DNA of 64,000 nucleotides from Polyangiaceae bacterium (GCA_044376115.1 JBILLK010000007.1:96001-160000); one strand, 5' to 3'; shown: positions 47,788 to 58,129, counted from the first letter of the stretch. Numbers and translations are program-made. The notes: generated by a model not told the origin, from the letters alone.

Positions 47788-49698
47788 GTGGCTCATTTCC
47801 ATACCGTTCCGTGGCTTCGGAGTTCCTGGGCGATGCTCGCGGTGGGGTGCGCAGCGGTCGCAACCACCGATGCTGGTCCCACCGCCGAAACCTCCGTCGC
47901 TCCTGTTGACCCTGCTGTGGTGACGAGCCCTAGCGACCCGACGGAGGGCCGCGAGGCTCAACTGGCGATCAGCGATCCGGAGCTCTTGGCGAGCCTCGAG
48001 GGTGAGGGCTTTGGCTTGAGCGCAGTGCTCGGACTACCCAACGCGCAGAACGCTGAGCAGCTTTCAAAAACGCGTCTCGGCGGCGTCTTCCGCGTCTTGC
48101 GTGAGGACGTGCGCAAGGCGCGCGTGGAGCATCCTGTCGCGCGCGTCACCCCGACGCTCGGCACGCGCCTTTTCGACGTCGAGTGGTTCCGATCGAAGGA
48201 GATGCGCTTCAAGCTGATCGGCGTCTTCAACCGGCTCGATCGACGTCCTTTTTACGAGGCGAGCTGCGGTGAGGTGCGCTTCGTCTACCGGCTTGCTTAT
48301 GAGACGGTCCACGGCGGCGAGCCGATGGCGGGCAAGCTACCGCTCACGCTGAATGTGGTTTTCCTCGTGCCTGGGTCGGACTGCCGCGAGGTTGCGCGAA
48401 GCTGGTTCAGCCCTGCCGGTAAATCCAAGCGGGACGCGCTCGCGTGGCTCCGCTCCGAGGGCGCGTTGACCGAGGGCGCACGTGGGGCGTGGCGCCTCAA
48501 AGCGCTGGAGACCAACCTCCAAACAGTGCGCATTCAGTCCACGGCGCACCCCTCGATGGGCGGTCATATCGAATATTCGCTGCGCGTATTTCATCGCGAC
48601 GAAGCGAGCGGAGAGTTCGCACCGGCGCCGCTCGAGAACACGCCCGATGTTGAGCGGCTCGCGAAGGAACCGGAGCTGAAGCAGCGCCTGCTTTCGTGGC
48701 TGCGATCGCAAGCTGCGTTGGTCGCCGCCGACGAGGGGCGGCTCAAGCTGCCGGATGAGTTCAACGCCACCCGCGCACGTTCGGTGTCACCGCGCGGTCT
48801 GCTCCGGATCGAGAACCGTCCGTTCACGAGGCTGTTTAGCGAGGCCGACTTTGCGGGCGTGGAGCTTTCGCGCTTCGCGACGATCCCGAGCCCCGCGGCC
48901 TTGTTGCGCCGTCTCGATGGGCAGAGCTGCGCGGGCTGTCACCAGAGCCGACCGATCGCAGGCTTTCATCATGTCGGTGAGGACGGCCCGAGCGAAACGC
49001 TCAATGCGCTCGCCTTTGGTTCGTCGGCGCACTTGCTCGCGGATCTCGAACGACGGGAAGAGTACTTGAGAGCCGTGGCGCGCGCTGAAGAGCCCAAGGA
49101 ACTCCGCCCGCAAAGCGAGCGGCAAGGCCAGGAGGGAACGTTCGGCGCTCCCTGCGGTTTGGGGGACCCTGGCTTTCGCGATTGGACCTGTGGTGAAGGG
49201 CTTCGCTGTGAAGCGCTGGAGGACCCGAAGGTGGGCATCTGCGTCGATGATGAGCTGGTGGGCGCTCCCTGCGCGAGCGGCCGCTACGTTGCTGGCTCCG
49301 CGCCCAAGGACGATCGCATGCAGGGTCTCGAGACGCATACCTGCGACGCGAACGCCTGCTGGAACAACATGAACGCCTTCCCACAAGGCTCCTGCCGCGT
49401 CAGCTGCGACACGCTGGGGAAGAACGGCGTTTGCCTCGACTTCCAAGACACCGACGCGCTGCAAGGCTGCCTCATTCAAGGCAAGAGTGCCTCGTTCTGT
49501 GGCAGTCGCTTCAAGTACGCACATGGCGATCGGGCGTGCGACAAAACGCATCCTTGTCGCCAGGACTACGTATGCGCGCGCGTGACCGGCGGCTCGAACA
49601 CAAGTGAGGAACGCGGCGCGTGCATCCCGCCCTACTTCGTCGTCCCGCTGCGCCTCGACGGCTACCCGCTCAAAAAGACCCGCGACTTCGATCCGTAA
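47788..49698 (+). CDS. Secreted/lipoprotein with a single CxxCH motif and a Cys-rich C-terminal domain
   Basis: N-terminal LAVGC, SCAGCHQSR, and many Cys in the last ~190 aa. Confidence 0.7.
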   Translation: MAHFHTVPWLRSSWAMLAVGCAAVATTDAGPTAETSVAPVDPAVVTSPSDPTEGREAQLAISDPELLASLEGEGFGLSAVLGLPNAQNAEQLSKTRLGGVFRVLREDVRKARVEHPVARVTPTLGTRLFDVEWFRSKEMRFKLIGVFNRLDRRPFYEASCGEVRFVYRLAYETVHGGEPMAGKLPLTLNVVFLVPGSDCREVARSWFSPAGKSKRDALAWLRSEGALTEGARGAWRLKALETNLQTVRIQSTAHPSMGGHIEYSLRVFHRDEASGEFAPAPLENTPDVERLAKEPELKQRLLSWLRSQAALVAADEGRLKLPDEFNATRARSVSPRGLLRIENRPFTRLFSEADFAGVELSRFATIPSPAALLRRLDGQSCAGCHQSRPIAGFHHVGEDGPSETLNALAFGSSAHLLADLERREEYLRAVARAEEPKELRPQSERQGQEGTFGAPCGLGDPGFRDWTCGEGLRCEALEDPKVGICVDDELVGAPCASGRYVAGSAPKDDRMQGLETHTCDANACWNNMNAFPQGSCRVSCDTLGKNGVCLDFQDTDALQGCLIQGKSASFCGSRFKYAHGDRACDKTHPCRQDYVCARVTGGSNTSEERGACIPPYFVVPLRLDGYPLKKTRDFDP

Positions 49699-49713
49699 GG
49701 ACGTGCTGGGCGG

Positions 49714-50301
49714 TTAAGCGCGAGCGTCGAGTGCCTTGACGATCGCGCTCGCTATGCGGGCGATGGCCGTGCTCGGATCGACCCCATCGCTCACAAGCGC
49801 GCGTGCCGCGCAAACTGCAGCGAGCGCTGCGCAAACCCGCGGTGTGGGGGGCGCTATGAACCCCTCCAGGGCACCCGACCAGACCGTGTGCACAGCGAAG
49901 TCAGCTGCCTCGGCTATCCATCCGTCGACGAGGTCGAAGTCGCTCCAGGCGCGCATTTGACGCGTGGGATCGAAGGAGGCACGGGCTAGCTCTTGATGGG
50001 CCAGGCTAGGTTCAGCGAGCCAGGTGCTGACCGCTGCTAGCTGCGCATCGACCCACTCCCGACCGACGACCGTGTCTTCCGCGTCGGGCGGCAACCGATC
50101 CAGCACTGCGATGACCGCACCCCGCGCTGCACGCGCAGCAGCACCGCGGTCATCGGCCACGCTCGCCGCCGTCCAGCGCGCGATGGCTGCGTCCGCGTCT
50201 GTCGTCGCCCAGGACGGCAGCTCCGCGAGGAGCGGCAACTCGTTCATTGCTGCTACCGGATTTGTGGCCTCAGCCATCGCACGCAGGGTGTTTGCGATCA
50301 T
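49714..50301 (-). CDS. Hypothetical Ala-rich protein
   Basis: 195-aa ORF filling the gap between convergent genes. Confidence 0.5.
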   Translation of the reverse strand: MIANTLRAMAEATNPVAAMNELPLLAELPSWATTDADAAIARWTAASVADDRGAAARAARGAVIAVLDRLPPDAEDTVVGREWVDAQLAAVSTWLAEPSLAHQELARASFDPTRQMRAWSDFDLVDGWIAEAADFAVHTVWSGALEGFIAPPTPRVCAALAAVCAARALVSDGVDPSTAIARIASAIVKALDARA

Positions 50302-50385
50302 TGGACGGCGGTCGGTCGGGGAACAGGAAGATTGGCGTCAGCGTCAGCGATCTCGCGGACCTTCGCACCATGGTAGCGTTGGCCC

Positions 50386-51480
50386 GTGCAATCGCGCGCT
50401 CTCGTCCTCTTCGGTCTCGTCGCCTGCGGGGAGCCTCTCCCGGCCGCAGCTCCACCCGCGCGCTCGACGCCGCCCCCGACAGCCTCGAACTCCCCGGCGC
50501 CGAGCGCGTCCGTCGAGGCCTCCGCCAGTGCGTCCGCCTCCGCCAGCGCCGAGCCACCCAGCGACGATAACGCGGTGGTGCCGCCCAGCGCGCTGCCGAC
50601 CTTCGACCCGGCGATCGTGAAGAAGCTGGGCCCCGAGGGTGTGCGCGCTCTGGAGGTCGCAGCCAGCGTGTGCCGTGCGGTCGTCGGGACGAGGGACGGC
50701 AAGCTGAGGGTGGGGTGTCAGAGTTGCCCGCCGTTCCGGCGCGAGACGGGCCCCAATGGCGCGGTCGAGGTGCTGCCCGACAACGCCGACTTCTACCCGC
50801 TCGAGGCGGCCTACTTCGGCAGCTTCACGAAGGCGGGCGCCGACGAGGTCGCGGCCGTGTTTGCTGGCTGCGAGCCGTACGCGGGCAACTATGGCGGGAC
50901 GCTGCTCGCCTCGCGCGACAAGGCCAAGAGCCCGGTGTGGGTCGCGCGCTCGTATCGCAGCGGCTTTCACCCTGAGACGTGCAAGCCGTACCGCCTGCCG
51001 GACGGACACAGCGCGCTCCTCTGCCAATGGACGACCGGCAAGCAGACGAGTTCCGACCTGCTCGATCTCTACGACTTCACCGTCGGCGACGAGAAGGATG
51101 TCGAGAAGGGCTGGTCCCGCGTGTTCGAAACCTTCAGCGACACCTTCAGCAGCTGCATCAATGGCGTGCTCCCAGGCGCCTCTGTCGTCGCTGGCAACCT
51201 CGACGCGTTCCGCCTGGTCCCACAGGCCGGAGCGCCCGACAAGGTGGAGGTGGACGTGACCTTCGGCGCGGCCAAGCCTGAGGGGGCGTTCCAAGCGGGT
51301 TGCAAGAAGCTGCTGGCCGAACTCGAAAAGCCCGACAGCAAGGGCTTCGATTTAAGCAAAGTGATCCCGCGCCAGAAGCTCAAGCTCACGCTGGTCTGGG
51401 ACGGTAAGGCGCTCGTCCTCGACGCGGCGAGCAAGGGGCGCTGGCAGGTTCTGCAGCCCAAACAGCCGGAGGTCCAATAG
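50386..51480 (+). CDS. Lipoprotein of unknown function
   Basis: LVLFGLVAC lipobox, Pro/Ser/Ala linker and a Cys-containing globular domain. Confidence 0.75.
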   Translation: MQSRALVLFGLVACGEPLPAAAPPARSTPPPTASNSPAPSASVEASASASASASAEPPSDDNAVVPPSALPTFDPAIVKKLGPEGVRALEVAASVCRAVVGTRDGKLRVGCQSCPPFRRETGPNGAVEVLPDNADFYPLEAAYFGSFTKAGADEVAAVFAGCEPYAGNYGGTLLASRDKAKSPVWVARSYRSGFHPETCKPYRLPDGHSALLCQWTTGKQTSSDLLDLYDFTVGDEKDVEKGWSRVFETFSDTFSSCINGVLPGASVVAGNLDAFRLVPQAGAPDKVEVDVTFGAAKPEGAFQAGCKKLLAELEKPDSKGFDLSKVIPRQKLKLTLVWDGKALVLDAASKGRWQVLQPKQPEVQ

Positions 51481-51514
51481 CGGCGGACCGCGTAGCTGGC
51501 GGCTGCAATGGCCA

Positions 51515-52066
51515 TCAACCGGAATAGCGCCCCAAGCAAATCGCGAGAGTCTGCAGGCGCGCGCCAACGTCTGGCAGCGCCTTTTGCCACGCGCCGGGAC
51601 CAGCCTCGGTGCGCATGGCCTTGATGGGGGACTTGGCGAGCTGCTCGAGCTGCCGTTGATCGACCTTGACCCGTGTTACCCATTGGCTGAACACGGAGAC
51701 GTACTCGGTGACCGGGTCGTTCGTGACGCCTTCTATCTTCGGCGCAGACCTCTCCGTGACGAAAACGAGCTTGGCGCCGTCCTCGAAAGCGACCTCAATC
51801 TCGGCACCTGCGGGGATGTCTCCGGACACCGAGCCAGGACTTGCCCACATGATGAGCAGCGTCGTGCTGTCCTTGGAGCGGGTGAGCCCCAGCGCCCTGA
51901 AGTTGTCGTCGTAGTGGAAGACGTTGTGTTTCAGCTGTCCGTCGAAGTCGTCGAGTTCCTCGACCGCGACTTCACACGACTCGGGACCTGTCTTGACGAC
52001 GAAGGGACCACATCCAATGGCCGCGCAGCACGCGACCACGACTGCACCAAGCACGATCTGACGCAT
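51515..52066 (-). CDS. Lipoprotein of unknown function
   Basis: MRQIVLGAVVVACCAAIGC signal/lipobox. Confidence 0.7.
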   Translation of the reverse strand: MRQIVLGAVVVACCAAIGCGPFVVKTGPESCEVAVEELDDFDGQLKHNVFHYDDNFRALGLTRSKDSTTLLIMWASPGSVSGDIPAGAEIEVAFEDGAKLVFVTERSAPKIEGVTNDPVTEYVSVFSQWVTRVKVDQRQLEQLAKSPIKAMRTEAGPGAWQKALPDVGARLQTLAICLGRYSG

Positions 52067-52156
52067 TCTCCGCAAGGTGTCACGCGCGCATCGAGTAGTC
52101 AAAAGACCATCGAGCGAAGTGGTGGTGCGTGTGGCCCTTAGCCGCGCTGCGCGCCC

Positions 52157-53320
52157 TCATTCGAAGCGAGCGAAGAACGTCTCGGGCTGCGACATCATGT
52201 GGGCTCCTGAGATCGAGGCGCCCCCGGCGCTGTACACTACGCCGTCGAAGAGCGGCGCCTGATGGCAGTGCGCTCTCGTGAGAGGAAGCTCGTTTGGCAG
52301 GCTCTCGAACGCACCGATTGTCCCATCTGCTTGGAACGGTGCTCGCTGCACGCGGCCGATGAAGTCGCCGGTGTCACTCGTGCCCTCGAGACCGAACACC
52401 AGGTAGAGCGCTCCGTCGTGCGCGAAGGCAGCGTGGACCGCCAGCGGACTCGGCACTTGTCCGACGACCGTCCAGCTACCGAGTGAGCCGTCGGAGCCGA
52501 TCTCCGACCGCAGCACGTCGCTGAAGTTTTCGTCCTCGTAAGGGAAGGGGTCTCCGTCGAAGCGGTTCAACCCGGCGATGACGTAGAGCGCGTTGTCGTG
52601 GGCGACGAGCGCGTGGTGGCTGCGGGGTTCGGGGAGCGGCGTGTCGAGCTCCCAGCTCCCGACTCCACTCTCGGAGAAGGTCGCGCGCTCGACCGACGCC
52701 TGACTGGTCCCATCGGCTTGGATACCGCCGACGACGTAGACGTGATCGTTGGCTGTGGCGAGGGCGACGTGGAAGCGCGGGGTGTTCAACGTGGGACCCG
52801 CTTCGAAGCTGATGGAGCCATCGGCTTGAACGGCACCCAGATCCGTCTTTGCGCTGGGCCCGCCGTTCGAACGAATACCACCGGCGATCAGCACGCGTGA
52901 CCCCGCTTGCGCAACGCCGGGGCCGAGCGTGACCAAGCTGCCGATGGTCTCGAAGGTGCCGAGGCTGCCGTCCTCGAGGATCGGCGCGCGCTCGATCTCC
53001 GGTACGACGGCCTCCATGTCCACGACGCCACCCAGGACGTAGAGATGAGGACCTGCTTCGGACGCTGCGATGAAGGTCGCGTGATGGTCGCGCGCATGAG
53101 CGAGGCTCGGCGCTGCTTGCCAAGCACCGAGGGTCGTGACGCAGGCACCACCTTCTTCGTGGCTACCGGCCGGGCAACCGCCACCACTACCGCCGCCGCC
53201 CAACTCAGCGCCGCCGCTACCGCCTTGCGGCGCACCTCCCGCGGACTCGAGGCCATCATCACATGCGGCACCAAGCGCCGTGAAACAGGCCCAAAAGGCC
53301 AAGACAACGTGAGATCGCAT
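52157..53320 (-). CDS. Kelch-repeat lipoprotein
   Basis: LGAAC lipobox and repeated 'R..H......lYv.GG' Kelch motifs. Confidence 0.85.
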   Translation of the reverse strand: MRSHVVLAFWACFTALGAACDDGLESAGGAPQGGSGGAELGGGGSGGGCPAGSHEEGGACVTTLGAWQAAPSLAHARDHHATFIAASEAGPHLYVLGGVVDMEAVVPEIERAPILEDGSLGTFETIGSLVTLGPGVAQAGSRVLIAGGIRSNGGPSAKTDLGAVQADGSISFEAGPTLNTPRFHVALATANDHVYVVGGIQADGTSQASVERATFSESGVGSWELDTPLPEPRSHHALVAHDNALYVIAGLNRFDGDPFPYEDENFSDVLRSEIGSDGSLGSWTVVGQVPSPLAVHAAFAHDGALYLVFGLEGTSDTGDFIGRVQRAPFQADGTIGAFESLPNELPLTRAHCHQAPLFDGVVYSAGGASISGAHMMSQPETFFARFE

Positions 53321-53450
53321 GGCGCCCGCTCGAGCAGGAACCGCGCCAGCCAAATCGTGCGGCGAAACGGCTCATCGCTTCGCACAGTTCGATGGACCGT
53401 AAAGAACCTGACGGCCGCGCGGGTGGAGCCGAACTCAGCCTCGGTTGCAG

Positions 53451-54434
53451 TCACTGAATTACGCAAGATGGCGCATCGGCAGGCTTGAGGAAGCCAGCTC
53501 CGTCGAGGTCGAGGAGGCTCCTTAGCTCGGCGCCCCCGTACTCGACCACGCGGCGCAGCTCGCCGTTCTCGAGCTCGCCGACCACGAGGAAGTGGAGCGA
53601 CCCAGCTTTGCGAGAGGGCGCAATCCCGAGCAGGGGAGCGACAAACGTCGCGCGCCGCTCGACAGCGCAGACGGCGATCGTGGCACCGCCGAAGCAATCA
53701 CTGACGGTAGTCTTGTCGGGCGTGGTGCCGAGGCCCTGCGCGAGCTCGGGCGCGGTGCCGAACAGCGCCGGAGCGTCTTCGGCGAGGAGCTGGTTCGACA
53801 CGAGGACGGGCTTTGCTCCCGGAGCTGCCGGGCCGACGATCCAACGTGAAAGCGTGGTCGCGGTAGCGGAGGGCGTCGCGCCCACGAGCAGCTGCGGCGG
53901 TGTCGAAGGTGCAGCGGGCGGCTTGCGGTTGGGCAGGCAATGACGATACCCGGCGCCTACTTGGCCGTGTCGGGTCGCATCGTCGAAGTAGAGCGTCTCC
54001 TTCGTGATGAGCCCGTCGTCGCCGAGCTCGAGCACGCTCGCTCCGAGCACACCCCATAGTCGTACCGGGTGCTCGCCGCGGACGCCCCACTCGACGACGG
54101 CGCGCTTGCCCGATTCGATCGCGCGCAGCACGAACCGCTTGTCCGGACCGTCCACCAGCGACTCTACGTGGCTCTGGGCGCTCACCGGCTCGTTGCCCCA
54201 GCTCAGCACCCGCGCGTTCGGCGCATAGAGCTTGGCGAGCCCACTCGGATCGCGCGACTCGGAGGCGCGCTCGAACTCCTCGATCCAGCGGCGGAAAGGC
54301 GCCGAAACCTCGGTGCGAGCGGCCGGCTCGCTTCCGCGGCTCGGCACGGAGGCGACGGCCAGAGGCTCTGGCGCCGAGGAGGCGCATGCGCTGAGGATGA
54401 GGGCGAGCGTGAGGTTAGGAAGTGCTCGGGACAT
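53451..54434 (-). CDS. SnoaL/NTF2-like domain lipoprotein
   Basis: Start MSRALPNLTLALILSAC at 54434. Contains LAKLYAPNA, AVVEW and GLITKETLYFD. Confidence 0.7.
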   Translation of the reverse strand: MSRALPNLTLALILSACASSAPEPLAVASVPSRGSEPAARTEVSAPFRRWIEEFERASESRDPSGLAKLYAPNARVLSWGNEPVSAQSHVESLVDGPDKRFVLRAIESGKRAVVEWGVRGEHPVRLWGVLGASVLELGDDGLITKETLYFDDATRHGQVGAGYRHCLPNRKPPAAPSTPPQLLVGATPSATATTLSRWIVGPAAPGAKPVLVSNQLLAEDAPALFGTAPELAQGLGTTPDKTTVSDCFGGATIAVCAVERRATFVAPLLGIAPSRKAGSLHFLVVGELENGELRRVVEYGGAELRSLLDLDGAGFLKPADAPSCVIQ

Positions 54435-56964
54435 CGTCATCATCGTCATCATCGTCCCCGTCGTCGTCCTCAGCGTCGTCGTCATCTTCACTGTCTTGCT
54501 CTTCGTCATCGCCTTCATCATCATCATCATCCCCGTCGTCTTCATCCTCGTCTCCGTCGTCGCCGTTGAGCCGTTCGGTGATACGCGACCGAACGCTGGA
54601 TAGCTCGGGCTCGCGTAGCAAGGCGCGCAGGTGACTCGCGAGTTGAGTCAGGGTTTCAACGCTGTTGCTATCGAGCTCGATGCGCGAGCCCACAATCGCG
54701 AAGCGAAACTCACCGCCGGAATTCCAATCCTTGAGCAGCTCGGCGAGGACCGCCGAAAGGACGTGGTGTCCATGTGGCTCGTCGACGCCGGATAAGACCG
54801 GCTTCAGCTGGTCGCGCTCGATGAGCAAGGTAAGGCCCTCGCGACCTGCCAAGGCCAGGGAGAAAGGCTCGACAGCGGCGGGCTCGAGATCGAGCTGTCG
54901 CGCGCCGTCCGCCGCTGGCTCGAGACGCGTGCCCTTGGTCTCGAGCACCGCAGCGCCCTCGAGCGAAACAGCGTCACGCCCAGCGAGCGAGCCGCCAAGG
55001 CTGCGCAGCGACGCGTCCTCGAGCTCTAGCGCGGTGGAACGCGCAGCCGTGACGTCGACTCTGGTGAGGCTGACGGCGGCGCCCGCGGTCACTCGCAGGC
55101 CCGCCGTGGCCTCCGCGTCGACGCGCCCTTCGATGACGGTGAGGACGGCGTCACCGTTGACGCTCACGCACGCGGGCTCGCCCTCGCCGTGCGCGCGAAA
55201 GCTCGTACCGCGCGAGCGCAGCTGCCGGCCCTGATCGAGGTGGAGCACGCCGGGCCTGCCGCTCAGGCGGCCGCCTTCGATGCTCGACTCTCCGGCCCCA
55301 CGCAGCACCACCGCGGCTTTGCCCGCGCCAGTGACGTCGCAGTCGACGAGCTTCAGCCGTGCCCCGTCATCGGCGAAGATCGCGCTCTCGCCGTCTGCTT
55401 GCACGTGGCAATGGAGCAACGTCGTGGAAGACGCGCCCATCAGCCAGACCGAAGGGTAGGTGGTTGGAGCGATGGTCAGCTTCGAGGCCACGAGCCGTGC
55501 TTGGTTCTGCACCACGACCGCGCAACCGGTGCCGCCTCCCAAGGCCATGCCCTCGACCGTCACCGCGCCCGAGACGATGCCGAGATCGTTGCCTGCGCTG
55601 CGCGTGATCGAGCCACCACGGAGCGCGCACGCCGAGGACGTGGTCATGAACAGCGCTCCGGAGGCGGCGCTCGCTTCGATCACCAGGTCCTGTGCGACGA
55701 GCCGTGCGCCCTGCAGCACGTCGACGCCGTTGCCTTTGGTCGCGCGGATCGAGACGTCGACGATCTCACTGACCGAACGGTTGGCCAAGCTCAGACCCGA
55801 GGCGCCGGCGTTCGCGATTTGCAGGCGCTCCACGAAGAGTTCGACGTCGTCCTTTGCGACGACGCCCGCCCCTCCGGGCGAGTCCACCTGGCAGTCGATG
55901 AGCACGATCTTGGAGTCGGCCTCCGCGAGTACGCCGTGCGCGCCAGCCCGTTCGATAAGGCAGCCGACCAGCACCAGGTCGGCTCTCGGTCCAACGGCGT
56001 ACGCGCCACAGCGACCAGTCCTCATCACACAATCGACGAGCCGCGCGTACGCCGAGCCGAGCCAAACGGCCTGCTTGGTCTCGCCGTCCTCGTCGCGCCC
56101 GGCCTCGAATTGGAAGCCTTTTACCAGCGAGTTGCTCTCAATCACGAGCGGCGCATCTTCATTGCAGCGGACGATCACTTCGCCCTCGGCGATCAGCTCG
56201 ACAGCCTCGCATAGGTTGACGCTCTCTTCGTATACGCCCGCGAGCACGCGGATCCGACTCGGTTTCTCGAGCGCGTCGAGCGCCTCTCCGATCGTGGCGT
56301 AGGTACCTCCGGCGCTCGCCGGTCCTACGACGAGCTCGGGTAGTACGTCGGGCACTGGTGCCGGGATATCTCCCGACAGATCGATATCGAAGGGGAGATC
56401 CCAGGCGCCGCCGGGCGCGATCAAGAACTCCGTCAGCGCCTCGATGTCGTCCTCGCCCGCGCCCCAAAGGTTTTTCCCTGCCGCGTAGGAAAGGCCCACT
56501 TCACGCCATGAATTGAATACAGCCTGCAGACCTCGGGCGGACTCGACGAGCAGGCTCCAAGCCTCCTCCAGCTCGATCAGGTAGGCGACGTAGGACCAGC
56601 CGGCGACACACGACGCGCGCACCAGATCCCAAGCAAGGTAGTCGTCGGCGGGCCGGCCTGTTCCGGCCGCATAGTCGAAGCGGTGACCCTCCTTCAGCAG
56701 CCAACGGATCTGTTCTCGCGCCTCTCGAGGAGAGCGGACGCCCCAGAAGTCACGCAGGCGCAGGCTGCTGTACCAGGAGCACATCGGACGCGGCTCTCCG
56801 CCGACGCGCAGGTGGCTCGTTCGATTGAGCTCCACGAGCACGGCCTGCGTCGCGAGCACCCAGCGCTGGGCTTCCGTTCGCGGGGGAGGCGGGCCACCGA
56901 ACTTGCCCTCGCGATCAGCGCCTCCTGCGTCTTGTCCATCTTCGCCGTCTGACGTCTGTGCCAC
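54415..56964 (-). CDS. DUF1266 domain + right-handed parallel beta-helix + putative Imm51-like domain + poly-Asp/Glu tail
   Basis: LRDFWGV...W LLKEGHR...AWDLVR...FNSWREVGLSY..G..LW (DUF1266), then YATIGEAL...AGVYEE followed by beta-helix repeats, and an acidic tail. Confidence 0.75.
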   Translation of the reverse strand: MAQTSDGEDGQDAGGADREGKFGGPPPPRTEAQRWVLATQAVLVELNRTSHLRVGGEPRPMCSWYSSLRLRDFWGVRSPREAREQIRWLLKEGHRFDYAAGTGRPADDYLAWDLVRASCVAGWSYVAYLIELEEAWSLLVESARGLQAVFNSWREVGLSYAAGKNLWGAGEDDIEALTEFLIAPGGAWDLPFDIDLSGDIPAPVPDVLPELVVGPASAGGTYATIGEALDALEKPSRIRVLAGVYEESVNLCEAVELIAEGEVIVRCNEDAPLVIESNSLVKGFQFEAGRDEDGETKQAVWLGSAYARLVDCVMRTGRCGAYAVGPRADLVLVGCLIERAGAHGVLAEADSKIVLIDCQVDSPGGAGVVAKDDVELFVERLQIANAGASGLSLANRSVSEIVDVSIRATKGNGVDVLQGARLVAQDLVIEASAASGALFMTTSSACALRGGSITRSAGNDLGIVSGAVTVEGMALGGGTGCAVVVQNQARLVASKLTIAPTTYPSVWLMGASSTTLLHCHVQADGESAIFADDGARLKLVDCDVTGAGKAAVVLRGAGESSIEGGRLSGRPGVLHLDQGRQLRSRGTSFRAHGEGEPACVSVNGDAVLTVIEGRVDAEATAGLRVTAGAAVSLTRVDVTAARSTALELEDASLRSLGGSLAGRDAVSLEGAAVLETKGTRLEPAADGARQLDLEPAAVEPFSLALAGREGLTLLIERDQLKPVLSGVDEPHGHHVLSAVLAELLKDWNSGGEFRFAIVGSRIELDSNSVETLTQLASHLRALLREPELSSVRSRITERLNGDDGDEDEDDGDDDDDEGDDEEQDSEDDDDAEDDDGDDDDDDDDVPSTS

Positions 56965-57042
56965 GCGCGCAGGCTACACGAGCCTTCACGGTGACGGCGG
57001 GATCGCCTTCTCCAGGCTACTTTCGCGTGCATCATGCGCGAC

Positions 57043-57678
57043 TCACGCTCGGCCCAAAAGTGCTCCGAGCAGTGTAGCTCCGCACACGAGCGCTAGCGTG
57101 AGCGCGAGGACCGTCCGCAGCTTCCACATGGCGTGGCGCGCGGTAGGAGCGCGCACATCGATGCCCCAATGCTTCGCTAGGCGAAGGAGTGAATCGACGT
57201 TGCCGCCGCGCAGCAGGTCCAAGACGGCGCTCGGATCATTCGCGCGCTTGGCCTTCTCGTAGCGCTGCTTGTTTTCATCTGAGGTCTCGCGATCCAGCGC
57301 TAGCGGCCACTTCTCACCGTCGTTGGTCCCTTCGGACGGGTCAAAGAAGTAGATCGACTCCCATGCTTGGGGCGTCCCCTCGGCGCTTTTCCAGTGCTCT
57401 TCCTCGCACACGAGGCGCCGCACGAGTTCACCACGCTCCCAGTGTTCGAGCACCTCGCAGCTCGCGTTCGTCTGCAGCATGAACGCAAGGACTGTCCCCT
57501 CGAGTTCTGCCGAGAGCGCCGCTGCAAAACGTGGGGGCTCGATGCTCGCGAAGTTGACCTCCGCGTGGATGTACACCCAGGCCCCCTGCGGCCCGAGCAT
57601 GGTGAGTCGATACTTCCGGGCGAGAGCGGAAAAATCGCGCTCACCGACCTCGACGAAGGCACCGCAACAGGTGGACAT
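57043..57678 (-). CDS. Hypothetical protein with a C-terminal TM anchor (immunity-like family)
   Basis: Start MSTCCGAFV at 57678. Contains LSAELEGTV...ERGELVRRL...W...G.P..WE and a C-terminal hydrophobic helix. Confidence 0.6.
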   Translation of the reverse strand: MSTCCGAFVEVGERDFSALARKYRLTMLGPQGAWVYIHAEVNFASIEPPRFAAALSAELEGTVLAFMLQTNASCEVLEHWERGELVRRLVCEEEHWKSAEGTPQAWESIYFFDPSEGTNDGEKWPLALDRETSDENKQRYEKAKRANDPSAVLDLLRGGNVDSLLRLAKHWGIDVRAPTARHAMWKLRTVLALTLALVCGATLLGALLGRA

Positions 57679-57816
57679 GGGACGCCTACTTACAATGGGG
57701 CTTTGGCGTCTTGTCCCTTTTTTCGTCGAAGGGTTGGCCGTTGCTCTAATCGATGGCGCCGCCTTCACCACGCGGCCGCGGACAATGGCCGAGCGTGCCG
57801 TGTTACAAACCGCTCG

Positions 57817-58053
57817 ATGCGGATCGGTCCTGTGCTGCTCCTCCTGGCCGGAGGCGTTTGGGAGTGGACCTCGAGCGAGAGCTACGGAGACAAAGAGCTT
57901 CGGGGCGGCAATGGCGGCGAACCAGATCGGTACGGCGCGGTCTCCTTCGTCGGTCGAAGTGGCCCTACCAACGCGAGTAACCACATCGGGTTTCGCTGTG
58001 CGAAGGCAGAGCCCGCCACCGCTCCCTCGAAGGCCGAAGCGATGTTTCGCTAA
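57817..58053 (+). pseudogene. Orphan C-terminal fragment of an FGE-sulfatase domain
   Basis: Contains LAGGVWEWTS...LRGG...NASNHIGFRCAK with no N-terminal half. Confidence 0.65.
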
Positions 58054-58129
58054 AGCCTGACAACAGCAGGCCTACGCGAGCTGCAAGGAGCTCCTGCTAC
58101 GTCGCTCCATCAGTCCACGTAACGCCGCG

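Noticed and set aside
54435..54545. Met/Thr-rich N-terminus (MKTTGMMMMM...) of the SnoaL-like ORF
   Set aside because: It is an alternative-frame reading of the upstream gene's Asp/Glu-encoding repeats. The lipoprotein signal starts at 54434.
57817..58053. A complete diversity-generating retroelement
   Set aside because: No reverse transcriptase, no avd gene and no TR/VR pair within the window. Kept only as a low-interest lead.
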